DNA from: Octopus sinensis
Lineage: Eukaryota
Assembly (NCBI RefSeq): GCF_006345805.1
Contig: NC_042997.1
Coordinates: forward strand, 77,686,001 to 77,750,000
Reading direction: 5' to 3'
DNA length: 64,000 nucleotides
The first letter of the stretch is position 1. Every line of letters begins with the position of its first letter. The notes under the pieces are model-generated. The model ran no database searches, was not told where the DNA came from, and saw only the letters and a list, made by a program, of their open reading frames with translations. Of the stretch, positions 39,614 through 53,968 are shown piece by piece. The translations under genes were made by a program, and so were the position numbers.

Positions 39614-40185
39614 TATATATATATATATGTATATATATATGTATATATATGTATATGTATATATGTATATATATGTATATGTATATATGTATATATATGT
39701 ATATGTATATATGTATATATATGTATATGTATATATGTATATATATGTATATGTATATATGTATATATATGTATATGTATATATGTATATATATGTATAT
39801 GTATATATGTATATATATGTATATGTATATATGTATATATATGTATATGTATATATATGTATATATATGTATATGTATATATATGTATATATATGTATAT
39901 GTATATATATGTATATATGTATATATGTATATGTATATGTATATATATGTATATATGTATATATATGTATATGTATATATGTATATATATGTATATGTAT
40001 ATATATGTATATATATGTATATGTATATATGTATATATATGTATATGTATATATGTATATATGTATATGTATATATGTATATATGTATATATATATATAT
40101 ATGTATATGTATATATGTATATATATATATGTATATATGTATATGTATATGTATATATGTATATATGTATATATGTATATGTATA
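39614..40185. repeat. (TA/TG) microsatellite with a 24-nt higher-order period
   Basis: Translation repeats YICIYMYM about 9 times before decaying. Confidence 0.9.
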
Positions 40186-40844
40186 TCTCTTATTATAAAA
40201 GGCAGATTTTATCTGCCTCCCTTTGGGAGTTATACAAATCTACAATATAGGATTTCTTCAATTACAATTTACCTTGCATTTTTAAGAGTACAATGCATCG
40301 CGTCATGCCAGGTCCAGTTTTTAAAATTTTAACTCCAATTAAGCAAAATTTACAGAAAACTCACATTCTGGTGTGTGTGTGTCAAATGCTTTTCTTAGTC
40401 TGGTTTACAGCACATGCAAACGCACACACACAGTGGGCAACGAATAAAATGAAAGTAATTGACTTACTGTAGTGAGTGATTCTTTCACTCTGCCTCCCAC
40501 TTCCTCTTTCAACACATAGACACGCAAATATATAAATAAAATTGTAAGCTAACGTGCGTGTGTGTGAGTGGGTGTGTGTGGGTGTGCGCGTGTGTGTGTG
40601 TGCGTGTGTGTGCGTGTGCGTGAGTGTTCACTGACAAAAATATCGTGCTAACAAGTCGCGGTCTCAAAGCGATGAAAATATTTTGACAAATTAAATTTAA
40701 ATGTTGAAGTGAATCTAACGGTTTTTGTGTGTTTCTTAAATGGCTTATAAACACCTTCAACGCTGCAACTGTTTTCGTTCCAGCACACGATCTCACATCA
40801 AGTCACTTGCTATGCAAGTACATCTCTGTAACTATATATATATT

Positions 40845-40875
<31 letters not shown>

Positions 40876-40938
40876 TGGTAAAAACAGTAAGATAACAAAA
40901 GAAAGAAAGAGACCTCAATATTATGTAAATAGAGGAAA

Positions 40939-41334
40939 TCTTTATATATAAAAGTGAGGTTGTGTGTCTGTCTCCTACGATTTAGATTCCTCCTAACTAC
41001 TCCCACATTTTGCGGTGCAGTTTAACCAAAACCAGGTATCTTATAGTCGTGATTCATATCGAGACCGTCTGGGTATTAGCGCGCGTCTACGATGAGTCTA
41101 CGATTAAAAAAAAAATTTACCATCAATTTTTCCCATTTTTAATCCATTTTTGACATATATAAGGGAAGTAACTCTCTAAAATTATTATTAAATCTCAGAA
41201 CGTAAAAAGCTACAGTAACACCCCTCCCCCTTTGTGGTTAGCCATATTGAGATGGCTATTATACTTTACATCTCTAAAAATGCTTATATAATTATTTCCC
41301 TTACAAACCCGAGCAACGCCGGGCGTACTGCTAG
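40939..41334 (+). mobile_element. Complete non-autonomous Helitron H1 (~400 bp)
   Basis: A|TCTTTATATATAAAAGTG ... CCCGAGCAACGCCGGGCGTACTGCTAG|T; follows the repeat that also flanks the fold-back elements. Confidence 0.85.
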
Positions 41335-41404
41335 TATGTATATATATATATGTATATGTATATATGTATATATATATAGATGTATATATATATATATAAT
41401 TATA

Positions 41405-41504
41405 NNNNNNNNNNNNNNNNNNNNNNNNNNNNNNNNNNNNNNNNNNNNNNNNNNNNNNNNNNNNNNNNNNNNNNNNNNNNNNNNNNNNNNNNNNNNNNNN
41501 NNNN
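41405..41504. other. Assembly gap (100 N)
   Basis: Exactly 100 N. Confidence 0.99.
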
Positions 41505-41539
41505 GATGCGCATGCTGCTGTGAGGGGAAACTGTTGAAT

Positions 41540-41985
41540 CCCCATCTATGAGTTATCAGAGGATGTGCAGATTAGTTACAGTTCACTTCAGCCCATTATC
41601 ACTGAAGATTTGGGTATGAGATACAAGTCTGCCAAGTTTGTGTCAAAACTGCTTTCAGCTAACCAAAAAGACATTTGGATTTCAGTTGCACAAGATCTCC
41701 ACGATTATGTTAAGAACAGTGAAAACTTTACGGTATTGCCAAACTTCTGACAAAATTTGATGCAGATTCCCAGCTCAGATTTCTCTGTTATGGTCAATAT
41801 GACGATCACATGCTACACACATTCCTTTCAACCACTGCTGTAAACAACGGACGTGAGCTAGACTGTTAAAATTCAGTGCACATGCCCAGCAGAGTTCAAG
41901 GTCAATCTGTGTCAAGCGGCTTCACTCTGCATGCTTTAGTTTTGTTACTATGGCAACAGGCCGGATACTTATTGATCAGACCACA
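41540..41985 (+). mobile_element. Mariner remnant
   Basis: IYELSEDVQISYSSLQPIITEDLGMRYKSAKFVSKLLSANQK matches the mariner HTH-linker; TIR-like CGGATACTTATTGATCAGACC near 41962. Confidence 0.75.
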
Positions 41986-41991
41986 CACACG

Positions 41992-43258
41992 CATCATCAT
42001 CATCGTTTAGCGTCCGCTTTCCATGCTAGCATGGGTTAGACGGTTCAACTGGGGTCTGGGAAGCCAGAAGGCTGCACCAGGCCCAGTCTGATCTGGCAAT
42101 CTTTCTACGGCTGGATGCCCTTCCTAACGCCAACCACCCCATGAGTGTAGTGGGTGCTTTTACGTGCCACCCGCACAGGTGCCAGACAAGGCTGACAAAC
42201 GGCCATGATCAGAGGGTGCTTTTTACGTGCCACCAGCATGGGGGCCAGGCGAGGCTGGCAACGGCCACGATCGGATGGTTCCATTACGTGCCACCAGCAC
42301 TGGTATCACAGCTACAATTTCCATTGATGTTAATCGATTTCGATTTTCACTTGCCTCAACAGGTCTTCACAAGTAGAGTTTTGTGTCCCAAGTAGGAAAG
42401 GTATGCATAAGTGGACCGGCTACATCCCAGGTAGAGGCCACGGGTTATGGCCTCACTTGTCCTGCCGGGTCTTCTCACGCACAGCATACTTCCATAGGTC
42501 TCGATCTCTAGTCACCTAAAGTTCGAAGGTTGTGCTTCACCACCTCGTCCCAGGTTTACCTGGGTCTACCTCTTCCACAGGTTCCTTCAACCGCTAGGGT
42601 GTGGCACTTTTTCACACAACTATCTTCAGCCATTCTCGCCACATGACCATACCAGTGCAAATGTCTTTCTTGCACACCACAACTGATGCTTCTTAGGTCC
42701 AACTTTTCTCTCAAGGTACTTACACTCTGTCGAGTATGAACACTGACATTATACATCCATCGGAGCATACTGGCTTCATTTCTTGCAAGCTTACGCATAT
42801 CCTCAGCAGTCACGGCCCATGTTTCACTGCCATGTAGCATGGCTGTTCGTACACATGCGTCATACAGTCTGCCTTTTATTCTGAGCGAGAGGCCTTATGT
42901 CACCAGCAGTGGTAAGAGCTCTCTGAACTTTGCCCAAGCTATTCTTACTCTAGCAGTTACACTTTCAGCACACCCGCCCCCCGCTACTGACTTGGTCACC
43001 TAGGTAACAGAAGCTATCAACTATTTCTAGTTTTTCTCCCTGGAATGTGGCGGAAGCTGGTCTCAGAGCATTTTCAGTGTTTATTGCTCGTGAGCATCTG
43101 CCACATACAAAAACTATCTTCCTAGTTAGCCTTCCTTTGACATTGCTGCACCTCTTATGTGTCCATAGCTTACTCTTGGTGCATCTTATAGAGTTTCTAC
43201 CTATGCCTTTTCCACAGATCGAGCAGGGCTATCTACCTGAAGGCGTTTGTGATTTGTC
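41992..43258 (-). mobile_element. 5'-truncated RTE LINE (1.27 kb)
   Basis: (GAT)n tail, short two-unit 3' UTR, coding remnant MLHGSETWAVTAEDMRK... through the Cys-rich finger. Confidence 0.9.
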
Positions 43259-45564
43259 TTCAAGAACAAACAATTAAAAAACAGAAAAAAGGCAAAATAT
43301 GAACGTGAGTGTGTGCACAGGTGCTCAGTGAAATGACAGAGTTGTTAATGTTTCAAGCATAGCTCTTTGTCAGAAAGAGGAAAGTCCAAAGAGAAAGAAG
43401 GAAAAATAAGGAAGAATTGCCAACAATTCACATGTAGTTACATTTACACACACATACATGTGTGTGTATGTATGCATGTATGTATATATTATAGTCAAAT
43501 TTTTCAGTTTGTTTCTTTTATATTTCCTTAATCTCTATGTTTAATCAGCAAGAATAACACTCAAATCCTTTAGACATGGCTTCAAGATCTCAGTTCTATT
43601 ATCAGAATGAAACTAAGGTAATAATGCTTTCAAATTTTGGCATAAGACCAGCAGTTATGGGGGAGTGGGTAAGTCGACTACATCAACAGCAATGTTCAAT
43701 TTTATCAATCCCAAAAGGATGAAAGGCAAAGTCGACCCCAGCAGTATTTGAACTCAGAACATAAGTATGGATGAAATGTCTCTAAGCATTTTACCTGGTG
43801 CACTAATGATTCTGCCAGTTCACTGCCTTAAGCCAAGGTAATAATGACAGGTTGTTCATGTACTTTGCAGTTTGTTACAAAGAATCTTACTCACACTATT
43901 GTTTCATAACATAAAGGACAAATAAGGAAAATTGAAAAATATTTAATAAAAAAGATTAAACTCAAACACAGACACACAGCTATCGTTGTGTGGTTAAGAA
44001 GTTTTGTTTCGCAACCATGTGGGTTTGGTTCTACCTGCATGGCACTGAGGACAAGTATCTGCTACTAATACCTTTGGACTAAGCAATGTCTTGTAATTAA
44101 CTTGCGTCTTCCTTTCTTTGTCATTGCCTATGTCTGCTGTAAAAACATGTCTGGCCACTGATCAGCTCATTAGGTGAGAAACCAGAGGAATAATTAACTT
44201 ACATGGAAACAAATAAGGGTCAGTGACTGGGACGGCATTTAGCTGTAGAATACTGACTCAAGAGATCTTGCCTAACCCATGCCAACACAAGGATGAAAGG
44301 CATTTTGTCTGATGTTCCAACAATTCACCTTTTATATAAGTTTATTTGTTGAGGGGTAAGATAAAGATTACATCACTAACCCATGGTTTAATTCAGTGAG
44401 AGATATCAACCTGATTTCATGCAGTCAACAGAAGGGCTGAATGAATGAAATTGTGCTCCAGTTGAGTGATATATGTTCACACTACACATAAACAAACCCA
44501 CATGCAGAGATGTTTCTTTATTTTTCTTCTTCTAAATGGTGCTCTACAGGATTTATTTGATACATCTGTAGATCTGTTTTGTGTAGCCAAACTCTTGTCT
44601 GGTCTTGTGTAAGAGAATGAAATGGTGATGTATTTGTTGCACTATTGACTGAAGATCAAGTTATTTTGGACATAACACCAAGACATTTACCCAAATAAGA
44701 TATGACAACTGCTTTTCATTCTGTAGATGAAATAAAATTTCTGAACAAATCATCTATATGGTAATGAAATGCTCTAAATGCATCAGATATAACTCTGATT
44801 TCATGCAACTTCAACATCATCATTTTTAATATTTAGTTTTGGATCTAATCACTTTAGATATATTCCTACTTGTGTCTTCACACTTTAACACATTTGTGAC
44901 AAAATATTCTCTTGTCTAAAATCTCAATTTTCTGGTCTTTATCCACATGGACATGTCTGTTGCATAGCACTATAGAAAAAAAAAAAAAAAAAAAAAAATG
45001 TATAACAGAAGATTATAAAAAAAATACACTTTAAAAACATATGCTACCACTAACAACTTTTTTTTTTTAGAAGTATGATGAAAAGCAATAAGAATGAATG
45101 GGATGAAGTAAACAATATCTACCTAACATGCAACCTCATAAAGAACAAGAAGAAAGTTCCTGCACTAATAATATTACTTGTGCTGAAATTCCTTACTGAA
45201 AAGAGATATTCTTGGCATATATCAACAATATGCTCTTTCTCTCATAAATATTTACATAAAATCAACACCATAGCTATGTAAATATGAAGACAAAAAAGAA
45301 AAAAAAAACCATGGAGCACACACACACACTATTTTACTTGTTTCAGCCATTGGACTGTGGCTATACTATACTATGGCTATCCTTCAAGGATTTAGTTAAT
45401 CAAATCAAGAGCATTTAGTACAGAAAACTAACTACACAATGAGATTATATAAATGTGATAGCAGACACAGAAATAGTTGTGTGGTTAAGAAGTTCACTCT
45501 GCAACTATGATATTTTAGGTTGAGTCTAAATACATACTTATGTACACACACACATAAATATATA

Positions 45565-45922
45565 TTCTTTTACTTGTTTCAGTCATTTGACTACAGCCAT
45601 GTCAGAGCACTTTAGTTGAGCAAACCGAGCCCAGGACTTATTCTTTGTAAGCCTAGTACTCATTCTATTGGTCTCTTTTGCCAAACCGTTAGGTTATGGG
45701 GACGTAAACACACCAGCATCGGTTGTCAAGAGATATTGGGGGGATAAACACACACATACATATGGCAGGCTTTTCTTTCAGTTTCCATCTACCAAATCCA
45801 CACAATGCTTTGGTTGGCCCAAGGCTATAGTAGAAGACACTTGCCCAAGGTGCCACGCAGTGGGACTGAACCTGGAACCATGTGGTTGGTAAGCAAGCTA
45901 CTTACCACACAGCCACTCCAGT
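45565..45922 (-). mobile_element. SINE family A
   Basis: Colinear with 39190-39611. Confidence 0.8.
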
Positions 45923-45925
45923 GCC

Positions 45926-45955
<30 letters not shown>

Positions 45956-45956
<1 letters not shown>

Positions 45957-46033
45957 TAGCATTATGAACCGGCGTTGCCGGGTCATAGTGCTAGTGCATG
46001 TATATATGTGTATATATATGTGTACATATTACA

Positions 46034-46081
<48 letters not shown>

Positions 46082-47793
46082 TACACATAAAATACAAAAT
46101 ACAAAGTTATATCTTGATATCGCTAGTGATAACAATACTCAAAATATATAACAGACTGGAATTGTAGGCCCGTCTCTTGCAATTTCGATCAATTGTATCT
46201 TGTCCTCCCTCTTGTATAGAAGTGTGGCTACAATCCAGCCTACCTCTACTTCTGGGGGGGCATTTTAAATTTTTATCCGGGATGTCCTACTTCCCAGATA
46301 TAAAGGTAAAAATAAAATATTTCCACTTTGCAAGGTTCAAGTCAAGCACTCCCTTACACGGTCCGTTGACTCGAACCTTGCTTCTATTGTGGCGAATTTA
46401 CCGCCTCTGGTTAGATACTTGATATCTTTCATAGTCGCACCAAGACACTTTTCGATGGTGCTTTCCTCCAGGTGTTCAAATCTTTTTTTTCTCTACATTG
46501 TATACTTTATAGACAATAGTCTTTTCTTTAATTTAATTTTTTATTTCGTTTGGTGGTGTTATCCTAGATTCACCATCTTTGTCGGTGATCAAGTTGCCTT
46601 CTCCTAGAAGGATTCCCTGACAAAGGCTAGGAGTCCTTCACTCCCAATGGTTTAACTGCGCGATCGGATATTCAATCCGATTATTTCTATGTCCCCGCGC
46701 ATGATACAGCTTTAAGACATTTATTGGATGGTCGTTGACTCTCAATTTTAATTTTAATGAGTTCGCACCCGCCGACGGCGGCAGTGAAATTCATTTTTGG
46801 ACTTTCTTCTATCGAAGGAATTTTAACAAAAATGCTTCCGTATAAATGGTGAAAATATTGTCAGTTTCCCCAAACAGGGACACAATTCAATTTTTAAACA
46901 ATAAGCAAAGTGCCTTCTCGCAAAGGGGGAGGGTTACAGTTTACAATTATTTAACAAATGCAACACAACAACATTTCCCTGACGAGGAACCAACAAACGT
47001 GATAACAATGGTTAAACAGTAATAATAATAACAACAAACCTTACGGTGAATCAAAAAGCAGTACGCAGTTGAAGCTATAGTCCTTTATGTATAAGAAATA
47101 AACCAACAGCAGTACTCAGTAGGAGCGGCTGTTCGAGAAAACAGACATTACATACAGCCAAACTTCATATAGATACTTAATGCTAGCTAATTAGCAGAAA
47201 ATCTAATGTAAAAGCCGTGATAAACGGTATGTGCACAGCTCCATTTGGACTATTCCATTTCTGCATGCTAATTTTATTTTTAATTTATTCCCATTCATGT
47301 GAAACCATTTATTCAAGTTCAAGTCATTGATGCAATTTTATACCAATTGCTATTTTTACATTTAATTGTTATGTTACGATTTAATTATTATATTATACTT
47401 TAGTTTGATTTTAATTATTACTTACTACATATAATTCAATTGTTATTATTATCTCTAATTTTTATGGTTAAAGTGAAAGTATCTGACATAAAATAGAGAA
47501 ATGTTTTTGTTTCACTTTTAACATGTAATACTGAAATAGTGGAGAAGATATGATAGAGATACATGTATACATGTATATATATATGTGTAGTTCTCAAGTT
47601 TTAGGGAATCATAGTGGAGAAGATATGATATTGCTGTGGACTTGCCCAAGGCAAAAGTAAATTTTTTGCCGATGACACTCCTCAGACCTTAAGTAAGGCA
47701 TGTGTAAAATTTGAATGAAATTGGTTCTATAGTTCTCAAGTTTTAGGCATACACACAGACAGGCACACATTCTCAGTTTTATATATATAAAGA
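45956..47793 (-). mobile_element. Helitron H2 copy carrying a ~694-bp insert (46546-47239)
   Basis: Palindromic CTAG end at 45956, TC end at 47793; the insert interrupts TTTTTTATT/TCCAT, which is contiguous in the 38210 copy. Confidence 0.82.
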
Positions 47794-47827
47794 TATGTGT
47801 GTGTGTATACATATAAGTATATATATA

Positions 47828-47931
<104 letters not shown>

Positions 47932-48132
47932 AGCAGAGATACCCGGCGTTGCCGGTTACATTCAATTGAAGAATTAGACTTTTCTGTTATATATATATTG
48001 TGAAATAGAAAGATGAATAATCAAAAGTTTAACCGATACCTTGGTAGCAAAAATCACAGCAGAAGACAGCACGGTTGGAGGTACAACCATATGGTGTTGC
48101 AACCGTGCGTTGGTGCGGATAATTGAATTTTA

Positions 48133-49060
48133 ATATTATTAGTGAATTGAAGAAATGGAGTTGAACGAAGATTGAACAGAAATCAATTTTGTCGGTGGCC
48201 CTCCCATTTGACAGGGGCAGAAGGAAGTGCAACCTTTGTGTCTCCGAACTCTTCCATATATTGTTCGCCAGAGACCGGATGGTAAACGGACTTTTACAGT
48301 CGGCTTTTCGATGCCCCCATTGGCGGCGTTATACTTATCTTGCTTATAAATAACGCTTATAAATAATACCTGCACCCGGTTACACTACTTATATGAAAAT
48401 AGCCCTTGGTAATAAATTCTGAAAGAGCTTTTAAGAGAAATATGATTAACCATTGCAAGGGGAATTACTCCTGGGAGACGAATGGTGTTTTATTTTTGAC
48501 GACGGGGGTTTCTTTGACAAGGCATGATTAGACGAACACACGCACACATAAAATATTTTCTACCCCTGACGGATTTCTCAGCAGTGACCAGAGTGTAGCG
48601 CTTCTTACCAACTTGCGGCCGCACATATATAGAACAGTACACACACACATGTTTCTAAGTAGATTTTGTCTCGCCCCATATAATACACCTAATATTCTTT
48701 AAATAGTCAGAACTTTAGTCTCGGTCACAAAGAACATCTACGCACCCTGTGCCCTCACCCACCGGAATGACCGCTGCCTGACCCGTTAAAATCTTCACGC
48801 ACCCACCACCGTTTTCAACATACATTGATAAACAGTTTGGCCATGGGCTCTTAGGAGCCTCGTTCGATTTGTTTTGCTCCGCCTCTGTTCTGTTTTTGTT
48901 TTTTCCAACGGATTTCCTATTTCTTCTTCCTGAAGAGAAAGACACAATATGGTCTCATTATTCAATCGGAATTTGGTAAATTGTGCCTTTCGAAACACGT
49001 GTAGAATGCAATAAAACGATTTCTGTTCAATCTTCGTTCAACTCCTTTCTTCCATTCACT

Positions 49061-49068
<8 letters not shown>
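48133..49068 (+). mobile_element. Penelope-like element 3' fragment with inverted terminal copy, nested in the Helitron
   Basis: 48192-48353 reads SVALPFDRGRRKCNLCVSELFHILFA...CPHWRRY*, resembling a PLE GIY-YIG C-terminus (CxLC...CxH); hammerhead at 48927; 48133-48184 is an inverted copy of 49018-49068. Confidence 0.55.
48927..49006 (+). ncRNA. Type I hammerhead ribozyme (intact catalytic core)
   Basis: CUGAAGA 48930-36; stem II GAAAG/CUUUC plus CACAAU/AUUGUG; GAAA 48992-95; palindromic stem III ACACGUGU; GUA site ending at 49003; stem I UUC/GAA (3 bp). Confidence 0.7.
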
Positions 49069-49105
<37 letters not shown>

Positions 49106-49257
49106 GATATATATATATATATGTGGATATATATATATATATATATGTGGATACACACACACACACATATATATGTATATTAATATAAATACATGAAAGT
49201 ACATGAAGTTTGTTAAAAAAAAAAGGGGATCATGTATATACCTCCTGGCTGTTGAGA

Positions 49258-50067
49258 TTATAACACCTCGTTGTAAACAATGTTCCTTGTTTTCCCTTGT
49301 GGAGCATATACAAAAAGGTTTTTTTTGGTTCCTACTCTTGAGCAGCCAACATACAGTTGCCCATGCGAGAAGCAGGGCTCTTCCAAGAGAAGACCAGCTA
49401 CAGAGAGAGTTTGAACCTGAGATTTGTTAATGGACATGGCAAAGCTGACACGAGGGGGGAATTGCAGTCTTCTGAATGTAAATGGAATTTCTGCTCCTGA
49501 TGGAGTAAGAGGAATTCTAGGAATAAAGACGTCATCACCTTTTCCACATCCAGAAAGAATGATCGCCTCGATAACATGTGACATCATTTTCTTTATCACC
49601 AGTCGTGTTCCATTGCAAAGTCTTGGTGGTTCCAGATTGCGGAGTAGCATTACAGGAGTTCCAACTTTAAGTGCTAATATGTGTTGAGGTAGTCCAGGAG
49701 GCTCCAGTGAATTGAGAAATTCAGGAGGATAATTCACAACTTCATTTATATCTGGAATTGTATCAACAGACTTGTAGGTGTGTATAGTGCTGGGAAGAGA
49801 ATGCATTAGCAGTCGATTAATTTTGTTAACAGCGACGTTTTTTGGAGCTAATATTGCTCTTTCACACAGCCAATTGTGATTTTGGTAGTTTTGTGTGAAT
49901 TTGGGAAAGACTTTGTTTTTGAGGTCATCTACAGAATTAACAACAGAGGAAAATGACCACACTTCCATTTGTCCTGCAGCATCGAGAGGCATCTTGCCTT
50001 CACCAAGTGTCACAATGTCCTGTGCAAACTTTGTGGACATTTTGTTGCCGTGTAGCTGAGCTCTCAT
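49258..50067 (-). pseudogene. Helitron RepHel Pif1-like helicase, C-terminal 269 aa
   Basis: [61 protein letters not shown]; GQT degraded to VQT; N-terminus missing. Confidence 0.92.
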
Positions 50068-51429
50068 GTGATATATATGTTATATATATATATATATATA
50101 TACACATATGTATATATATACATATATATACACATATGTATATATATACATATATATATACACATATATATACATATATATATATACATATGTATATACA
50201 TATGTATATATATACATATATATATACATATATATATACATATGTATATACACATATATATACATATATATATACATATGTATATACATATGTATATATA
50301 TACATATATATATACATATATACACACATATATATATACACATATATATATATACACATATATATACACATATATATACACACATATATACACACATATA
50401 TATACACATATATATATACACATATATATATACACATATATATATATATACACATATATATGTGTGTATGCATGTATGTATAACTGTGTGCGTGTATGTA
50501 TAATTGTGTGCCGTGTGTATGGGATGTATGTGTGGGTTCATTTGTGTGTGTGTGTGTATGTATGTGCATGTAGTTGTGTGTGCGTTTGTGTGTGTGTGTA
50601 AGCGTATATGGATGTATATGCATTCGTGTGCGTGTGCGCATGTTTATGTGTGCGTGTCTGTGCCTATATGTGTATACACATGTGTATGTGTGTGTGTAGG
50701 CATATATTGTGTGTATGTATATGTATCGGTGTGTATGTGAATGTGTATGCATGTGTGTGTGTGGGCGTAATGTGCATGCGTGTGCATGTGTGCGCTTACC
50801 TGCGTGTATGTACGTGTGTCTGTGCCCATGTGTGCATAAGTGTGTGCGTATCTGTATGAGTATTGTTTGTTGGAGGTATATGTGGGCATCTGTGCTGGTG
50901 TGTGTGTATGTACATGTGTATGTGTGTGTGCGTGTATTGTGTGCATGTGTGTGACCGTGGAGATGTGTGTCAGGTTGTGTTCATTTTATTGTGTACGCGC
51001 GTGTGCATGAGTATGTGAGTGTATGTGGCTATGTGTACGTTTATGTGTGTGTGTCTGTGTATGCTGGATGGGATAGGTTAGATTTCTGTGCATTCTTGTG
51101 CGTGTGTGAGCGTTTGTGTACGTGTGTGTGCATGGGCATATGTGTGTGTGCGCGTGGGTGTGTGTGGGTGTGTGTATTTTTGTGTGTGCATATATGTGTG
51201 GAAGTATGTGTGCGTATATGTGCATGTATTTTGTATGTGTGTGGTGTGTTGGAAGTATGTGTGTGTTTGTGGATACCTGAGTATGTGTGTGTATGTGTTT
51301 CTGTATAAGAACAATAATTTATAAAAACAAAATAATAAAAAAACAATAAATAATATAAAAGGCATAATAGCACATTAGGAAAGGAATGTAAAAAAAGACA
51401 AAGAAAAAAAGGAAGGAAGAAATAAGAAA

Positions 51430-51600
51430 TAAAAAAAGTTGCTGTTGCAGGAGGTGGAGCGCAGTCACTAAGAGAAGGGGGGCTGTGTTGAGTCCATGAG
51501 GGGTATTAGTCTGTAAAGTGAAAATAAACCGTTGCTCCAAGTGAAGCCTGGATTGTGGAGGTCCGTTGTGTGGGGCGAGACCAAACACAGAGATGTCATG
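51430..51600 (-). mobile_element. Penelope-like GIY-YIG C-terminal fragment
   Basis: [38 protein letters not shown] matches the PLE endonuclease end (EQxxIFxLxTxxPxGLN). Confidence 0.7.
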
Positions 51601-51809
51601 TATATATATATTTATGTGTATGTGTGTGTATATACATATATATATATATATATACACTATATATATAATATACTATATACATATATATATACATATATAT
51701 ATACTATATATACATATATATAATATATATAATACATATATATACATATATATATATACATATATATATACTATATATTTACATATATATATATATATAT
51801 ATATTATAC

Positions 51810-51907
<98 letters not shown>

Positions 51908-52421
51908 TCATATATATATATATATATATACATATATATAATAACTATATACATATATATATACATATATATACATCTATATATACACATATATATCTAT
52001 ATATATACATATATATATACATATATATATACATATATATAACATATATTATATATATATATACATATATATATACATCTATATTATATATATTATACAT
52101 ATATAAGATATATATATAGATATATATACAATAATATACATATATATATATAATATAACATATATATAGAATATATATATAATATATACCTATATATATA
52201 TATATTATACATATATATATATATACATAGATATATAATATATACATATATATACATATATATTATATATATATACATATGTATATATATATATACATAT
52301 ATATATAATATATACATATATATTACATATATATATATAATATACAGCATATATAATATATATCATATATATATATATAATATATATTATATATAGATAT
52401 ATATATATATATATATAACTC

Positions 52422-52457
<36 letters not shown>

Positions 52458-52513
52458 TTATACATATATATATATATATATATATAATATACATAATATA
52501 TATATATATATAT

Positions 52514-52595
<82 letters not shown>

Positions 52596-52599
52596 GTAT

Positions 52600-52639
<40 letters not shown>

Positions 52640-52671
52640 CATATATACATATATATATATAATATATATAC

Positions 52672-52704
<33 letters not shown>

Positions 52705-52965
52705 CATAGATATATATATATATAATATATATCAAACATATATAATATAGATACTACATATTATATATATCTATATAGACATATATATATATATATATAT
52801 AATACATATATATATATATATACATATATATATAATATATATATATACATATATATATATATACATATATAGATATATATATACATAATATATATATATA
52901 ATAGTATACATATATATATATATAAATATATATATATATAACATATATATATATATATATAGTAC

Positions 52966-52996
<31 letters not shown>

Positions 52997-53044
52997 GATA
53001 TATAACATATATATGATATATACGAAATATATATATATACATAT

Positions 53045-53078
<34 letters not shown>

Positions 53079-53377
53079 ACACATATATATATATATATCT
53101 ATATATATCATATATATATATATATACATTATATTATAATTATATATATATATAATATAGACATATATATAATATATATATACATATATATATATAATAT
53201 ATATATAATATATATTATTATCATATAGATATATATATATATATATATATAAATATATATACCACATATATATATATATAGATATATATTATATATATAC
53301 ATATCTGTATATATATAGATTAATCTATATATTATATAGATATATATATACTTATAATATATTATATATATATATAG

Positions 53378-53433
<56 letters not shown>

Positions 53434-53435
53434 CT

Positions 53436-53486
<51 letters not shown>

Positions 53487-53578
53487 TATATATATATATA
53501 TTATATATAAAATAATATAGATATATATATAATATATAATATATATATACATATAAGATATATATATATATATATATA

Positions 53579-53710
<132 letters not shown>

Positions 53711-53910
53711 ATATATATAATATACATATATATATACTATATATATATATATACATTATATAAATATATATATATAATTATATATATATATATATATATA
53801 TAGACATATATATAACTATTATAATATATGACATAATATAATATATATATATATATACATATATATAGATACATATGATAAATATATATATAATATATAC
53901 ATATATATAT

Positions 53911-53968
<58 letters not shown>

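Noticed and set aside
46975-47010. CTGACGAG...AAACGT hammerhead-like words
   Set aside because: G12 missing, no stem II or stem I pairing.
48353-48926. Possible SECIS in the PLE 3' region, prompted by a TGA upstream of the ORF remnant
   Set aside because: That TGA lies in the inverted tail copy, not coding sequence, and no AUGA/AA/GA stem was found by eye.
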